Source: Balanoglossus misakiensis (lineage: Eukaryota > Animalia > Hemichordata). Taken from it: a DNA stretch of 64,000 bases. Below, in pieces: positions 27,888-42,072 of the stretch. How positions within the stretch are numbered: position 1 is the stretch's first letter; every line of letters starts with the position of its first letter. The stretch is taken from NCBI GenBank assembly GCA_040954595.2, contig CM082597.2, positions 2,478,449 to 2,542,448 of the forward strand, read 5' to 3'. The notes below the pieces were generated by a model. It worked only from the letters and a program-made list of their open reading frames with translations. It made no database searches and was not told the DNA's origin. The position numbers and the translations under genes were made by a program.

Positions 27888-30800
27888 TGTATACCTGGCG
27901 AGTCAGCTGATTACACTGTTACCCTGGGAAGGTGCGTAATCACGATTCCAACTGCCTTTGGGCGTAAACAGACCAGTCCAGTACGTTCTGTTTCGGTCTA
28001 TTGTAGGCTCGTGAGTGCTACTGGGTATAAGACACACTGCTGAGCAAATCCAAAAACACAATGTGTATTCTTCAAAATTGTCGTGAGACAGAAAAATGAA
28101 GTTCCACTTAATGTGGCAGTGTACGTATACTACACTGAAACTTAATACCCAATCAAGTTTCTGCTAGACGATTTTGTACTTAGTGTGCACACCTCACATT
28201 TTAGTAAAACCATTTTGAGTTGTTCATTTTAAATCCAGCCACATCTTAAAGTCCTACCCCAAAAATTCAGATGTTCTGCGTGTATTTATAACAAACAACA
28301 ATAAATTGAAATACACCCAGTAATTATTTTACTTTTTTACAAGGACAGAAAGCCGACCTAATTGTCCAAACCCTCCTGTGAGCTGATTCCCTTATGTCAC
28401 CATTACCGTGTTTGTTATTCGTTATATCCGGTCGTCTGTTTCAATTATCGCTACATGCAAGGAAGTTGTGACGCCGATGCTAGTTGCCTGAAAATGCGCA
28501 CAGTAACTAAGTGGCCCTTAAGAGCTTTGCAAAATTGAATTGCCCCTCAGAACATTTAGTTTTGATTCAGTTAGCCAGGCAAGTGAGCAAGTCTTTATCC
28601 TTCACATAACACTTTGTTTGAAATATACACGTAGCAACTTTTATCTTCAAGTACTGTCAGATACCATCTTCATGGTGTGTTGAATATGCTTCATGCATAT
28701 ACCGATACGTCTCTGGTTATGGCGAAGGGTATGTCATTTAACAACTATGCCTTTTGCAAATCTCTGTGTTGACTTATTAGGCAAATGATTGCTTTTTATG
28801 AAGCATAAGGCCATTCATATTCTTCACAAATATGAGGTATTCTCTGATCCTGAAGCGTTTATCCGTAAAATGAGAAAAGGTTCTATTTAAATTCACAAAA
28901 AGTGGTCTCCCCATGTCTCTAATTTAATCTCCATCACAAACGTCATTTCAAGTTGGCCGGCAACGATCTGGGCTAACATCTATACGGTTATTGTCAAAAC
29001 ATGTGACAACCCATGACTTTAATAACACGACTACATCACCAAGAAAGCAATAATGGGAACTTATTAAAAACCTGCACAAGTTTTTTTCTGTATATGGTAT
29101 TCAGATTTATTGATGAAACTAGCCACAATTCAGATTCGGCACAATTTCATGATGATCTGTTCAGGCAATTAGGCGCCATGTCGTTTTGCTGGAAAATATT
29201 CCCCCCACGGGCTGTAATTTCAAAATGTGTATGCGAAATTTACTTCCAAAGATGGCGATTTTTCTCCGAACATAATTATACCCTCCAAACTTTATACATG
29301 TATTGTGTACTAACACGGTAAAATTAGGTCGGGTTTAGTTGAAGCCATTCGCGAGAAACCTACAAGCGAGAAACCTACAGCTTTAAATACGAACGCGGCG
29401 AACTTCCAATTTAAATGTAAATTTACTCAAATACAGGTAACCTCTGTTCATTGGTTTCGCGAATGTACATGTACTGTAAGATTTGGGTCATATGGTGATA
29501 TATATTTTACAATGTGGAAGGTTTTACATCCCCTACCTAAATTAATCTTGCACTGAAAAATACTGCCCTTAAAGATTTGTAATACTGTGATTCACAATAA
29601 TTTTACAAAAAATGTATGTTCACAGATGTCTTTACTATGAATCATACCAATGGTGAGTACAGTGCTGTTGCGATGTAATTTTAAAACAAGAAATATTAAA
29701 CAGAAAGTTGGAACAGAAAGCCATGCTATGACATAGAATTAAGCTGAATGCGAAACCCCGAGACGTGACTGATGAAATACAAAATGGAATTAGCAAATGC
29801 AGTCGACAAGGTAACACAGGGCATTCAACTTCATCATCACAAGCAGCAGACCGTATGGTGCATTAAACATTTTCTGCACGACAGATTTCTGCAGAGCATT
29901 TTAGGTGCCTTGTTCGCTTTTTGTCATCTTCCTTGACTGAAAGTACTTCAATTCACAGCGTCAGCTAGTCAGCAAGGTGCTGAATAAGTGCAGTTGGTAC
30001 ATGTGTCTTTTTGGTTGTTTTAGATAAAACAGGTATTTACTATTGCACAAAAAACATCAACAGCACACTAGTCTTGTACCCCACGGGTAACTTTTCTAGA
30101 ATAACACGCAGGTGTCGTCTGCTGTATCATGATGACATCAATGCAGAGTAATAACCTGAGAAAGCAGATTATGCCTATGGGCATATGAAATATCAACGTT
30201 TTCCATTAGATGATAATGGCAAACATTACACACCATGATAGGTCAAAGGTACGTCTCCCTTCCATTTTGCGAGCATTGAAAGTCTTTCATCTCTGAATTT
30301 TATTCCATGCACTGAGTTATGAAAAACAGATGATTGAATACTAGCAAAATGTCTCATCGTTTTACTATATATTGTAATGCAGTGGTTATATAGTGGTTAT
30401 GCTCGACACTAACAGCCTTTGCTCACTTCCTAGTCAATCAGTATCCTCCTAGAAAAGGTGCTGAGATGGGATTTAATAGGCTATATGTCAATTAAGGTCA
30501 TGCGACAAGAATAAAATACATCAATGAGGGTGATGTTTTGTGTGTCAGGTACGCAGTCATAATATAAAACATGATATATATTTTTGCCATATATTATATG
30601 TTGGCACAAAACGGCAAATTTTATTCTGTGCAGTCAATGAACAAACCTTCGATTTGCAATGGAGAAATCTATAGGTAAAGGAACTTTAATTCGCTTGGGT
30701 GTGTCATATGGTTACAAAGTAGTTCGTGTGGAGAGAAATACAGCAGCAAGATTTTATGGTCGATTTCCTTCCTCATGAGCTGAATCGAAATTAAAACTAC

Positions 30801-33800
30801 ATCCAATTAATAACACTGGCAGCCGCTGAAAGTGCATTCGCACACCTTTCGTGACTATGGTTTCGTTTTCTTTCAGCGACATGATGGCTGTTAAGTGCAT
30901 CTTTGCTCGCAGTCCATATCCCCGTGTATCAAATTTCAAAACGCCTTTTCAAAGTTGATACAATGAACTTTAATGGATTGTAATTTGTACACCGATTTTG
31001 TTATTCTCAGAGGTCTTCACACAATGAGACAATCCATTAGCTAGCAACAGTACCTTTATAGATACTAATGCTGCAACTGCCAAATTGACTGATGTCAAAC
31101 AATACAAACACCTAGCTATATAATTGACATTTATATATATATTATTTGTTTCCAATTGGTTATTGATGTTAGGTCGCATTTGGGCCAGAAACTCATGTGC
31201 GTTATTTGGGACAATTATAAGACAGGCAGGGGTGAGTATAAAATCAGAGATACAAATACCTCATGTTTTTTGTGTTTGTGAAAAGACACGAAACCTACAA
31301 GACAAATGCCTGTGCTTTCCAGCTCATTTTACTCTTCGCTGTTCCACGGAGAACATATGAAAATTGATTCATCGTACACTTGACAGGAGAAATAATGGAA
31401 GGTTTTTAATGTCAAAGAACAGAAGCAGTGAAAGTCGGCCATAAATCATATTTTTCCCCAAGGAGTAATACCATGTTACATAAAACAGAACTCATTCAGC
31501 GTCACAGCAGACTCAATGAATACGCACATGGCTATATGCCAGACGAATATAGATAGAATTCAGATGGATTAGTTTGAACAATATATTTTTACAGAACCAC
31601 TGAAAGAAATGGTAAAGGGAATGACGTACGTCAGCGCATTCATTTCAGGCAAAGTTTTTACATTTCATCTGCAAACCAAAATAAATCAAACCAGCTTTCT
31701 ACAACACACACGAACGCCAGCACATACTAAAAAACACTAAAACTGCATATACGTGATGAAGAAACTCATACGTACACTTACGTGGATTGAATCAGCTAGA
31801 GATATTCATGTTTATGATACAATTTAGAGCTTTTACTGATAATACTGTTTTGTGACGGCATCAGATGTAATCAGACCCAAATGGGTTTTAGTTGGAATAA
31901 TTTATGGCGTCTTGAAGTAGCTATAGTTAGGATACTGTGGCCTTAAGCTATGTTACTTAAGAACATACGGGGATAGGCAGGGCACACGTGTTTCGACATA
32001 TGCTTCAATAAAAGCTTACTAAATAAGAAACAGGTCGCATTTTGTGTCAGGAGGACCAATTTTCTACCATCAAATTACTAAAATTCATACATTTTCTATG
32101 ATGATGTTTATGTACGTGAAACAACCATGGCCTCCAGTGTGTTTGGATCAGAAATCTGTAAGTTACTGTAGAAATGCAAAATCTCGACAAAACAAAGTGC
32201 ACACGTTAGTTCGTGCAGCCTACTACCTTCATGTATACACCTTGCTAGAACATTTACCAAACGGATATTTCCCAACCCACAGTTAGTAAGGGTAAGGATT
32301 AGATTCCGGAAAAGTGTGTGGATGGTAAGTATCCTGAGGATAACATCCAAGAACATTTCTAAAATATTACAAAAACTGCAAGGGGGGTCCAGTCTGTGGT
32401 TTTCTTGGTGTGCTACGGATATCGGTGTCTGAAAAGTCACGACAGACAAGGCTGAATGAATTAAGCACCTGGGTGTAACATTATCAGCTTACTTCATTGC
32501 GCAATTGTCCCATTACAGCCCAGCATTCCGGGGGAAATTACATTCCGTGATTACTTAGTATTACCGCGCGGAAGACCTTTGTGACACACTATCCCTGGCA
32601 CACGTTGTAACAAACGTGCCAGTTGGGTTTCTGATGTTCCATCTACAATGCAAGATTGACCTCTGATGCCCGACGTGTACCAAGCGACCGACATTTCCAA
32701 TTAATGATGGCAATTACTAACATGTGGAAAATGTACCTTCTGACCTGAAGCGCACAAGAGACTTGCAACAAATATTCTGCCGTTAGGTAAAGGCCATGAC
32801 TGGTTTGACATAGGCCATAATTTGTATGGTCTCTCTGCCTGTAGTTCGTATGACAACTGTCGGCAAGATGAATATACCGGTACATGTACCCTGGCATAAA
32901 ATTGTCATTCCAAATTAAAATGCTTAAGAGGACATCATAAACATTTTTTCGCCAATGCTTTTTCCTTGGATAAACACATTCAACAAAAAATGCCAAGAAG
33001 GTCATGGAACTGAACAAACCAGACACAATAAACGAAGTAACGTCTGTCAAGGGAACAATTATGGCAGGCGGTGTCCTTTGTTAAATGTAACAATAATCGC
33101 TGAAAACCAGAAGCAGCTTCATGGAAACATATTCTGTAATCCGTTTTTCTCCAACTACCAGTCATTATACTTTGTATGGAATCTTGAAGAGAGGAAAATG
33201 TGTTTTCAAGCTTGGCATTTTTTAGTCTAAATCTCTACGTCACGCGACATACACAGTGAAGTGATGACCTTTATTCTTACGTCGTAAAACTATTAGTGAG
33301 GGTTTGCAGAGATGATATCATATACAATATCGCACACAATAAAAGAAACCATTATGATTTATTTATCATATTACAACAAGATGATTTGTAAGATGATCAT
33401 CAAGAGCACTTGACAGAAACAAAGTACTTCGTCAGTTCTGTATTAGCAACTTTTGTCATATCTAAGACCTGTTTTGTAACATGTCCATTCCCTCCCTGCA
33501 CGTTTGACTTAATGTGCAATCGCATACACAAGTCACGTGGCAGAGGATTAATTACCAGAGACGTTACATGATCTTTACATGATTTTACAATCCGTAGGCG
33601 TAGAATGCCGCAGGTCTATAAAACATTCTAATCATTGTATCATGCCATTCGATCAATATTTAAAAACCAACAGTGATGGGAATGTGAAGTACATGTAGCA
33701 TCATAGATAAGGCTAACTCCCAGTAGATTGTGATATTTGCCAACAAAACATCAACCCTAAAATGAAAATTTGTTAGATCTGTCAGTTTTGCACACAGAAT

Positions 33801-33974
33801 GGATACGTCAATTTAAACACTTCAGTTAATACAAACACACGAGAATGCATTTTATAAAGTGAATTTTATGCATTTTAAGGTAAAATTTACTCTCCTATTT
33901 ACATCATCAAGGACAGAATTCCTGGCCAAACAGAATTTCCTCTGTGCTGGCGATGACGTATGAATACACTTCAT

Positions 33975-34044
33975 GACAAGATTTAAGCCAACGACAGTGA
34001 CAAGAATTAAGCCAACGACAGTGACAAGAATTAAGCCAACGACA
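33975..34044. repeat. 24-bp tandem repeat, about 3 copies
   Basis: Unit GACAAGAATTAAGCCAACGACAGT read directly. Confidence 0.9.
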
Positions 34045-36429
34045 TAATCTGCGTCGATATCTTTTCAACATCTCTCACACCATGCTGTAACCAATTACAC
34101 GCGCATTAAATCACATGGCAAAGGTGAATCCACTCTTTCCAACGTCTTATCACATTGATAACAAGCTTTTACTGATAGTGCCGGCCCCAATTACAGATAC
34201 CTTTTTTGAAAGAAAGCGGTGAGTCTGTCCCATTGACAGTCGGCTTGCTCTCTGCTGCTCTTGAAGGAGAACTACGCATTGTGAATTTCAAACAAAGTCA
34301 AACATCGGTCTCTGAAATGAATTTACTCATAATTTACATGGTTCCTCAACATATCAAACACTATCTTTGATTAAAATGCATCTTTAATAGTACCTTATCT
34401 TCCCTGTACCTTACAGATCTACCTGCTGACAAATCACTATTCATGTTCGAGTACCGGCAAAAAGAAAAATTTAGATGGCACATATCGCGGATGCCTCTCC
34501 TAATCAGAAATTGTACTCGCTTCTAAACCATAAGCCACTTCAACATCACGTACATTTGTCAGATCTTATTCTGTTTCCTAGTCTATCTGTGACTGGCTTG
34601 GATAAAACGATTATGGGAAACTAATCAAACATGGTACTTCACCTACTCTGGGAAAGACTGACGACCGGATCCATGATTTTTACGATGCAAATTACTTTAT
34701 CGCGAGTGATGCAATGTTTACATAAACTGGTTTCTAATATACAATGGGGAAATCACTAGTCTTATCTCCATGAAAGGAATTGCTGCATACAAATATAAAT
34801 GCAGGAAACTAATTAATTGTAATGTCTCCAGTATTGCCAGGTAGATGTTCACACACTACGTTTGTCATATAAAGCATGCAAATTCTTAGACATTTTCTGA
34901 GATCAAACAATTACAATGTATCCAATTGGTTTGTGCCGTATACGTCTTTCATGCTTAAGATGGCTATAGACATATTGATTTTGCACTTTATTCATATCAA
35001 GTTGAATTTTAATATGTAGTTCGATGCCAATTTACGTATAATGTAAACAGACCACATATTCTCCATTGGAGAGAATTAAGAAATGCAACGAAACTGCGCA
35101 TGTCTGAATGCATGATTCATCACGAAGATGTGATGTAAAAACGTGTGCAAACTACAGATTGAAATAAGACATACGCAACCAAGATCGCCCACTCTCTACT
35201 CACTATCGAGCCAGGCAACTTAACCAGGACCTGCAGTGGTGTAGACATGCTTTCTCCTGATATGTAGCAATCTATCTCCGTTGGACTTGCAACATCAAGG
35301 TAAGCCGTCGAGCTGGTGCAGTATGTTCTGTAGCACAAGCTCAATATCTTTTCACATTTTAGGCAGCGTGCATGCTGTTTTATCAGATTGCGTACATGAA
35401 AAGAGTGATTCTAACTCTCGTCAATTTCCTTGATTTATTGAGCATAAAGTAGAAAATATTACCCTTAATTTATATGCCACCATTAACTACATCAATAATG
35501 ATGGATGTGACTTTTCACTGCTAAAGCCTTATAGGCCAATCTTGGTATAGTGGCTTAATTAATCTGCAAGGCATGAGGCGTAGTAAATATTCACCATGGT
35601 GTTACTGAGATGACTTTATATGAACTTGATAAAAAGCCCTAACCATGTTAATGATGAGATCTACACTACCCTTGCGCAATTAAGAGTGCTGTGCACTCTT
35701 TGCTAACCCACAAAACATATTCAAGTGTTTTTCCTTTTTACTTTGCGTTCTTTACGGCATCTTTCATGGATCCCCTGTCTTTATAAACCTAAAGCATACT
35801 TGTTTCAAGTGATTTCATCCTTGTTTGGAAAACTGGCGAGTTCCGAGTTAAACACAGGTAACAAAGTCGACATCACATTTTTTTCTCTTAATTGCACCAT
35901 GTGCACAGATGCAGTTGATAAAATCCAGAGCATCCAGGATATTAATTAATTTAATGGAAGAAAGGTGAAAGTATCAAATCTGGGCCTGGGGACATATGTT
36001 GAAATACAGGCTTATCACTTTGATCTCTAGAAGTTGACATTTCGTGCAATCCTGTCAGATTTTAGAAAAATTAACTCAGTCACACAAATGTGTGTATTAA
36101 ATCAAGGATTAGTGGAAAAACTGCTTGGCAACGGATTCATTTTGCTGTATGCAGCTGGACCAGTTATTAAAAACAGCGAGCTTCCTGCACTCCTAAGGGA
36201 TCTAGACACGAACCGATGGAAACGTCATTCATTGCAGTTTCACAATGTGATGAATAGGTAATGTTGAATTTTTCTGAGAACATTCTGGGCGCGGGTCTAC
36301 CTGTGAATTCTGTGTCATTTTCAAACAACATCGCCTATACGGTATGTCATTTGAAGCCTTCGTCTGATCCGACAGAGTGATATTAATGGTCATAGTATGA
36401 AGCGTGACTGAATCAATTGGCTACCCTCA

Positions 36430-36441
36430 CTATATAAAAGG
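36430..36441 (+). promoter_or_regulatory. Candidate TATA box for the plus-strand GPCR
   Basis: CTATATAAAAGG, the same 12-mer as the TATA box upstream of the paralogous GPCR, 3.1 kb upstream of the ATG at 39584. No clear first exon was confirmed. Confidence 0.35.
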
Positions 36442-39400
36442 GTCGGGCGTGATTGGGGCTGATGTTAGAGATAGCTTCAATGCCACATGCTTGTAGCATT
36501 TTAGCTTAACGAACCTGGTTCGCCACAGTGATGTACGTCACACAACCAGGGCTTGGATAAAACTGTGAAGGAATAATCGAGGGAGGTATTTTAATGAGGA
36601 CACATTTTCTTGCTCGAGGGTTTACCGCAGTTGAAAACATGTTTGCCTTTTCTTCAAAAGTTTGAGGCGTGAAACAATATGTTTGCACTCTGCTAATGTT
36701 TCCCGGCACTTTTTTGGAATCCGAGACTTTTTCTTTGATGCGACACCGGCAGCGGTGTTTGTATGTTAATAGCTGCAATACAGATATACTAGTTTATACC
36801 CCACATACTCAAAAAGAAAACAACTAACTTATCCTACATCATAGTTAATTGGTTCAGGCATGAGTGATGAGTGATGACTCTGGAGGGGACAAATGCACAG
36901 ACGGGCCCCAACCCTTATGTCGCCGAACTTATTCACTTACCAATGATAATGGCTCTGTTCTATCAAGTTCAATGTTTAAGACACTTAAAAATGCTGATGA
37001 AAATTAGGACCCCACTCTGGCTAAATTGTTACTAAAAGCTCTCAACTTCATTCCACTTTGTGTTGCCTTCAACATTTCCCCAAGGTATGCTACAGATACA
37101 CCAGTGAATATACAATAACAAGGCAAGTCACGAATCTCTGTTAAAAGTCCAACTTAGGGGATGAGAATATATAAACCTCGTATTCCGATAAAAGCCTATA
37201 ACACTGTCATCTGATGTGATAGTCTCGTATATTCTGCGGAGGAAAAAGTACGGCAACTCAGTTCCCTCCAGCAGTGACTTAAGTCAACATCGATGCCATC
37301 TTTTCACTAATATTGTCACATGTTTGATGTGTATGCCCGCAATACGGTACAAATGTTCTTCAAGAATCCATTTAGCTTCAGACCGAAATCAATATGAGCC
37401 TCGAGGCGGGAAATTGCCTGCACTACTTGCAGTACTGCATCTAGAATCTGAAGTGATTTGGATCATTAACTAGGTTGTCTTTAAAATTAAAACACAGTGT
37501 TAGACCGGTGCGCATATTAACTTCGGGATATCAGCACTCAAGTCACTGACAGATGTTTCTTTATTCAGTCTTACACGGGAAATTACGGGTAAACAGTTTA
37601 GCTACTGCCATTACCCCCAGAAGCTCCACGAAAATCTCCGATTAACGACAAATTGAATTTACCAGAATAGGCAATCGCTTTGTGCCCCTGTGTGATTTGA
37701 GATCAAGTCCTACATTTCGTTCAGTCACTTGGAAAGTGATTTGTGCAGAAAATTGCTGACACGTACCACCCGGCGATCTACAATAATCAGGGTTTCTGGT
37801 GGCGATTGATCGGCACTGAACTGAGTCAGAAGGCGATCCAGGTCAGTCAGCAAAACTGCAAGGTTGCACAAGAAGAGAACATAGAAAAATCGGTTGTGTG
37901 GCCTGAATATTTACTTCAGTTCGTTTGGGAATACTTTACAACAGGGCCACCAGTCAAGCACTATTTATGCAAACTATTGATTAATGTTCATTACTTAGCC
38001 TGCTTTTTACATCTATTGAAGGGACGGAAATTACTATTTTGACAGCAATACATTAAATTGCACAAACTAAATGTATAATCAAGATACATTTTAGACTTGG
38101 GCTTGGCTACTAATGAATAAGGAAATGTCCACTCATGTTGTTGCCGTAAAGGATCAATATGCATTAACATTCATTTTACCGAAAAAAAACACTGAACTAC
38201 AATAGTCAATGAATGCACCTAAAATAGGCTTTGTTTGCCCAAATTGAAATATTACTTCAACAGATTGGTGTTTTCAGTTATATGTAGTCTCTTGTTTTGC
38301 CAATATAATGTTCATTCAATAACCTGTGCATACTTTGAGAATGGCGGCTTCTAAGTAATGGTTGGTATTGATGGCTTTTTCGCATGTGTCCTTTTAGAGT
38401 GGTTTTATACTCAGCACAAATTATGTCCAGCAGACTGTCGACATATAATTTTACTAAAGTGGCAACTAGATATGTTGTTCTGTATGATCTGGGCAGGATG
38501 AGTATGATCCACTTGATTGTTTTGGTGGTGGTTTGACTTGATTCCTGTTCACCAGATGATCTGCCTACCCACTTTGTGTTCCACAAAAACTTGTAACTGT
38601 CGTGCTATAACCTTGAACTAATTGATCTCTAAGTTGCTTCAAACGTAGACATCCTGACGCCCTCAATGCACCATCAACACAATTAAAGAATCACAGCAAG
38701 AAAGGATAGAGAGTTGGAAGAAATTAACATCCAGCTCACGATAAATGCAAGTCTTGGAGAGTGTAAGAGAACCCTGGGGAGAAATATCAAGAGGATCAGG
38801 CCAACTTAGAACAAATGTGGAGACGTGTACAACTTTAAAGCGATAGTCTGCAGAGAGTTTTCTTTTAGGCGTAAACATGAGACTAGTCTACGGTCTGAGC
38901 TCCTTATGGGATTCCACGTTTTCAATCTTCGATTAGCACCATACCAAGATGATCTCAAAGACTCTTCTTGTTGTGTCAAGAGTTGTTGCCCCACGGCAAA
39001 GAGTGGATTTCTATCTTCAGCAAACATTTACAAATGCGACTGGAGTGCCTATTAGGTGCGGTGCAATTCTCAAGTGCCCATTTAATTATTGGTTTCAACC
39101 CTCAGGGATGTGGGCAAATCCCATCAAAACATACATGCCATGCAAAGCACATTGATGTTTTCTATACTGAAATGAAATCGTGTGTGAGGTTCCTCGCTTT
39201 GTATATATATCCCACAGAATATACCTTTGTCTGCAGACATCAAAGATCTCCAATGAGTATCTACACGATACATAATTGATCGTGATTTCTGCAAAACATA
39301 CAGATAAACAGCTTTACTTGTGAGAACAGTGTAGCCTTGACAAATAAACATGTTTATTTCTTTGCTTTTCTTTTCCTCTCTTGGGAAAAGTCCTGTGCTT

Positions 39401-39583
39401 AACCATTGCAAACAGCCTTGCCCGCAAATCTTCACACTGCGATAATGGACTGGAAACTGTGGACTGTAATCTAACCTCACCACTACTTGGGGTATAAGTA
39501 TAGGCCTAATCTATAGCAGATAGAAACATTGTTTGTTCTGAATAATGTAATGTTAATGGTCTTCATTTTTCTTGCAGGTAATA

Positions 39584-40825
39584 ATGAATGAGAGCTCAAC
39601 AGAGGACACCCTCCAATATCTACATCTACCCGGACAGGGCAATGAAACCACCGACGAATGGCGCATGCCAAGTCACTGGTACGTTCCCAAGTCCATCATT
39701 TATTCCATGTACAGTCTCTGCATGGTCCTGATAGTGACGGGGAACCTGATGGTCATCATCGCTGTGCTGCTGGAACCCAAGCTTCGCCGGCTGCCAACGA
39801 ATCTCCTGATAGTTTCCCTGGCGGTGTCGGATCTTTTAGTTGGTTCATACTACATACCATCAGTAATCATGTGGGATGAGGCTTTGGAGTTGATGCTGAA
39901 TCCTGTAATCTGTAAAATCGACGGTTTCATCCAACTCACCAGCACGGGGGCCAGTGTGTTCAGTCTCATCGCCATCGCTGCTGACCGGTTCCGAGCCATA
40001 GTGACCCCTCTCAAACCGAAGATAACACGTTGTCATGCATGTATCATGGCCGCCCTTGCCTGGATATGCGCGATGTGCTATGCGTCCTACATGCCAATTA
40101 CTTGGGGATACCAGCTGTACATCGAAAACTACGGTAACCTAACTTTTGTAACTCCCTACTGTTTCCTTCTGCCGTCGACCGTGCCATTCACACTGTTCCG
40201 GACAATGGATTTCGTCGTCCTGTTCCTGGTTCCACTTTTGGTCCTTATCAGCCTTTACGCGCCAATGGTGTACAAACTATGGTTTGACAAGCAGCCAGCA
40301 AGTACGACAGGCCACAAGAAGAAAAACGCAGTAAAGACGCTATCCATGGTGGTCATATTGTTCTTCACAATGTGGTTGCCACATTACACTCTCTATCTGT
40401 ACGTTCAATACGGCGACTTCATGAGCTCTAGAGCGAACCTACGAGCTGTGGCTTTGTTCGCTATTTGCCTGAACTTCTCCAACAGCTGGGTAAACCCTAT
40501 CATTTACGCCTGCTTCAACGACAGTTTCCGCAACGCTTACAAGAACACACTGCTCTGCAGGATTTGGAGGATGACCCGACGGGTGTACCCGACGTCTGAC
40601 CCTGAATCAGACCACGGAGGTGAAATACGAGCGACCAACCTACAACAACAGATATCATCCAGAAACACTCTCCTGACAACTGTACACACAACGTCTGCAC
40701 ATAGCATTATCTCAACCGTACCTACAGCTGTAGTTCTGGCACAACCTGCTAAAGCTTTCATAGCACAGAATCAGTATTTGCTTTCCCCTCATATGTTTAT
40801 CAGTCGAAAAGATAACTTAAAGTAA
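39584..40825 (+). CDS. Class A GPCR, neuropeptide/RFamide-receptor-like, paralog of 1043-2221, about 413 aa
   Basis: Same motifs as the paralog (GN, LAVSD, DRFRAIVTP, MWLP, NSWVNPIIY). About 78% identical across TM1-TM4 by my manual count. The real start is the ATG at 39584, after an acceptor ttttcttgcag (ending 39577); the ORF track's 39572 start is a TTG. Confidence 0.93.
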   Translation: MNESSTEDTLQYLHLPGQGNETTDEWRMPSHWYVPKSIIYSMYSLCMVLIVTGNLMVIIAVLLEPKLRRLPTNLLIVSLAVSDLLVGSYYIPSVIMWDEALELMLNPVICKIDGFIQLTSTGASVFSLIAIAADRFRAIVTPLKPKITRCHACIMAALAWICAMCYASYMPITWGYQLYIENYGNLTFVTPYCFLLPSTVPFTLFRTMDFVVLFLVPLLVLISLYAPMVYKLWFDKQPASTTGHKKKNAVKTLSMVVILFFTMWLPHYTLYLYVQYGDFMSSRANLRAVALFAICLNFSNSWVNPIIYACFNDSFRNAYKNTLLCRIWRMTRRVYPTSDPESDHGGEIRATNLQQQISSRNTLLTTVHTTSAHSIISTVPTAVVLAQPAKAFIAQNQYLLSPHMFISRKDNLK

Positions 40826-42072
40826 AATCTACAATTTTTTGCCATATTCAATTATTCTATATTATCATGTACTTTTTGTATTTACAAACATATATCAATT
40901 GAGTCATTTTTTACTGATATATGAGCAGCATGTTTAGCATGTTTCCATGGAAATATATCAATTCCTTGGAAAATTCATCGCCTGAAGTTACATTTACGTT
41001 TTAAAGTGCCAAATTATACCGTGAAAACGTCCGTGTAGAAACACACATATCTCTGTTCACTATGTGAATTAGAACTTGGTAAGAACATACATTAATAGCT
41101 ATAAAATGTTTGAAAATACTTTTGACCTATCACCTTTACGCATTCTTTTGTACAGCACACTGATTTTATATTATATGTATTTTCTGAAAATGTTGTCCCT
41201 AAATGAATACGCACAATCACAAAAAGGTTTCATAAAAAATATAGCCATGCTGCATACAACTTCTTCACTACTGATGAATCAATTTATAATCTTCTTACTG
41301 AATATAGAAACGTTACAAAAACATTTACAACATATCTTCTAGGGAACGTATGTAAATTATACTTGAATACTTTTTTATTATTTTATACATCTACCTGATC
41401 GGCATAAAATTTGTAATATATACTATTTAGTATCATTTCAACAATTATGAGTAAATAATTAAAATATATAACATATTACAATTATATTACATTTTTCTGT
41501 ATTGCAGATTTATAGTATTTGTAACATTGTTTATATGGATTATTGACAAAATAAAATATTCAGATAAATACCAACATATGTTTTTGCATTTTAATTTTAA
41601 CTGGTTCTTTATTTGCCGTCGACAAACATGCAGATAATGATTGCTGATTTTTATTGCTACATTAGCAAGGCAGTAAAACCTTCAACAAAACGTTTGTAAT
41701 AACATACTGGTACTAAGGCTATCAGTTCAGAGCAAAGCATGTCCAGTCACGATCCAACTGAATGGTGGCCTTGAATTCCAAAGTAGTCTAGTCATTAATC
41801 GCCCATTGCCGTATCCAACATAATTGTCCAGTGAGCATTAAATGTTACTGAGTTTATATTGAGAACAAGAATACTTTCAAAACCATGTCTCCAATTAGGA
41901 TAGCATTTTATTGTTCCATGGGGGCACTATTTTTGACAAGAAATTCGCAAGTATTTTCAATTGGCAACTGTCACTATTCACAGGGGGAACAAAGGTGTCT
42001 ATGTCCAAACTAAAACCTATTCTCTGAAGCCTACGTAATACAAAACAACTGAAAAGTCTCAAATTATAAGTC

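Noticed and set aside
2300-39500. Numerous 60-135 aa ORFs in the ORF track between the GPCRs
   Set aside because: No recognisable domains, mostly non-ATG starts and no consistent splice chain; consistent with chance ORFs.
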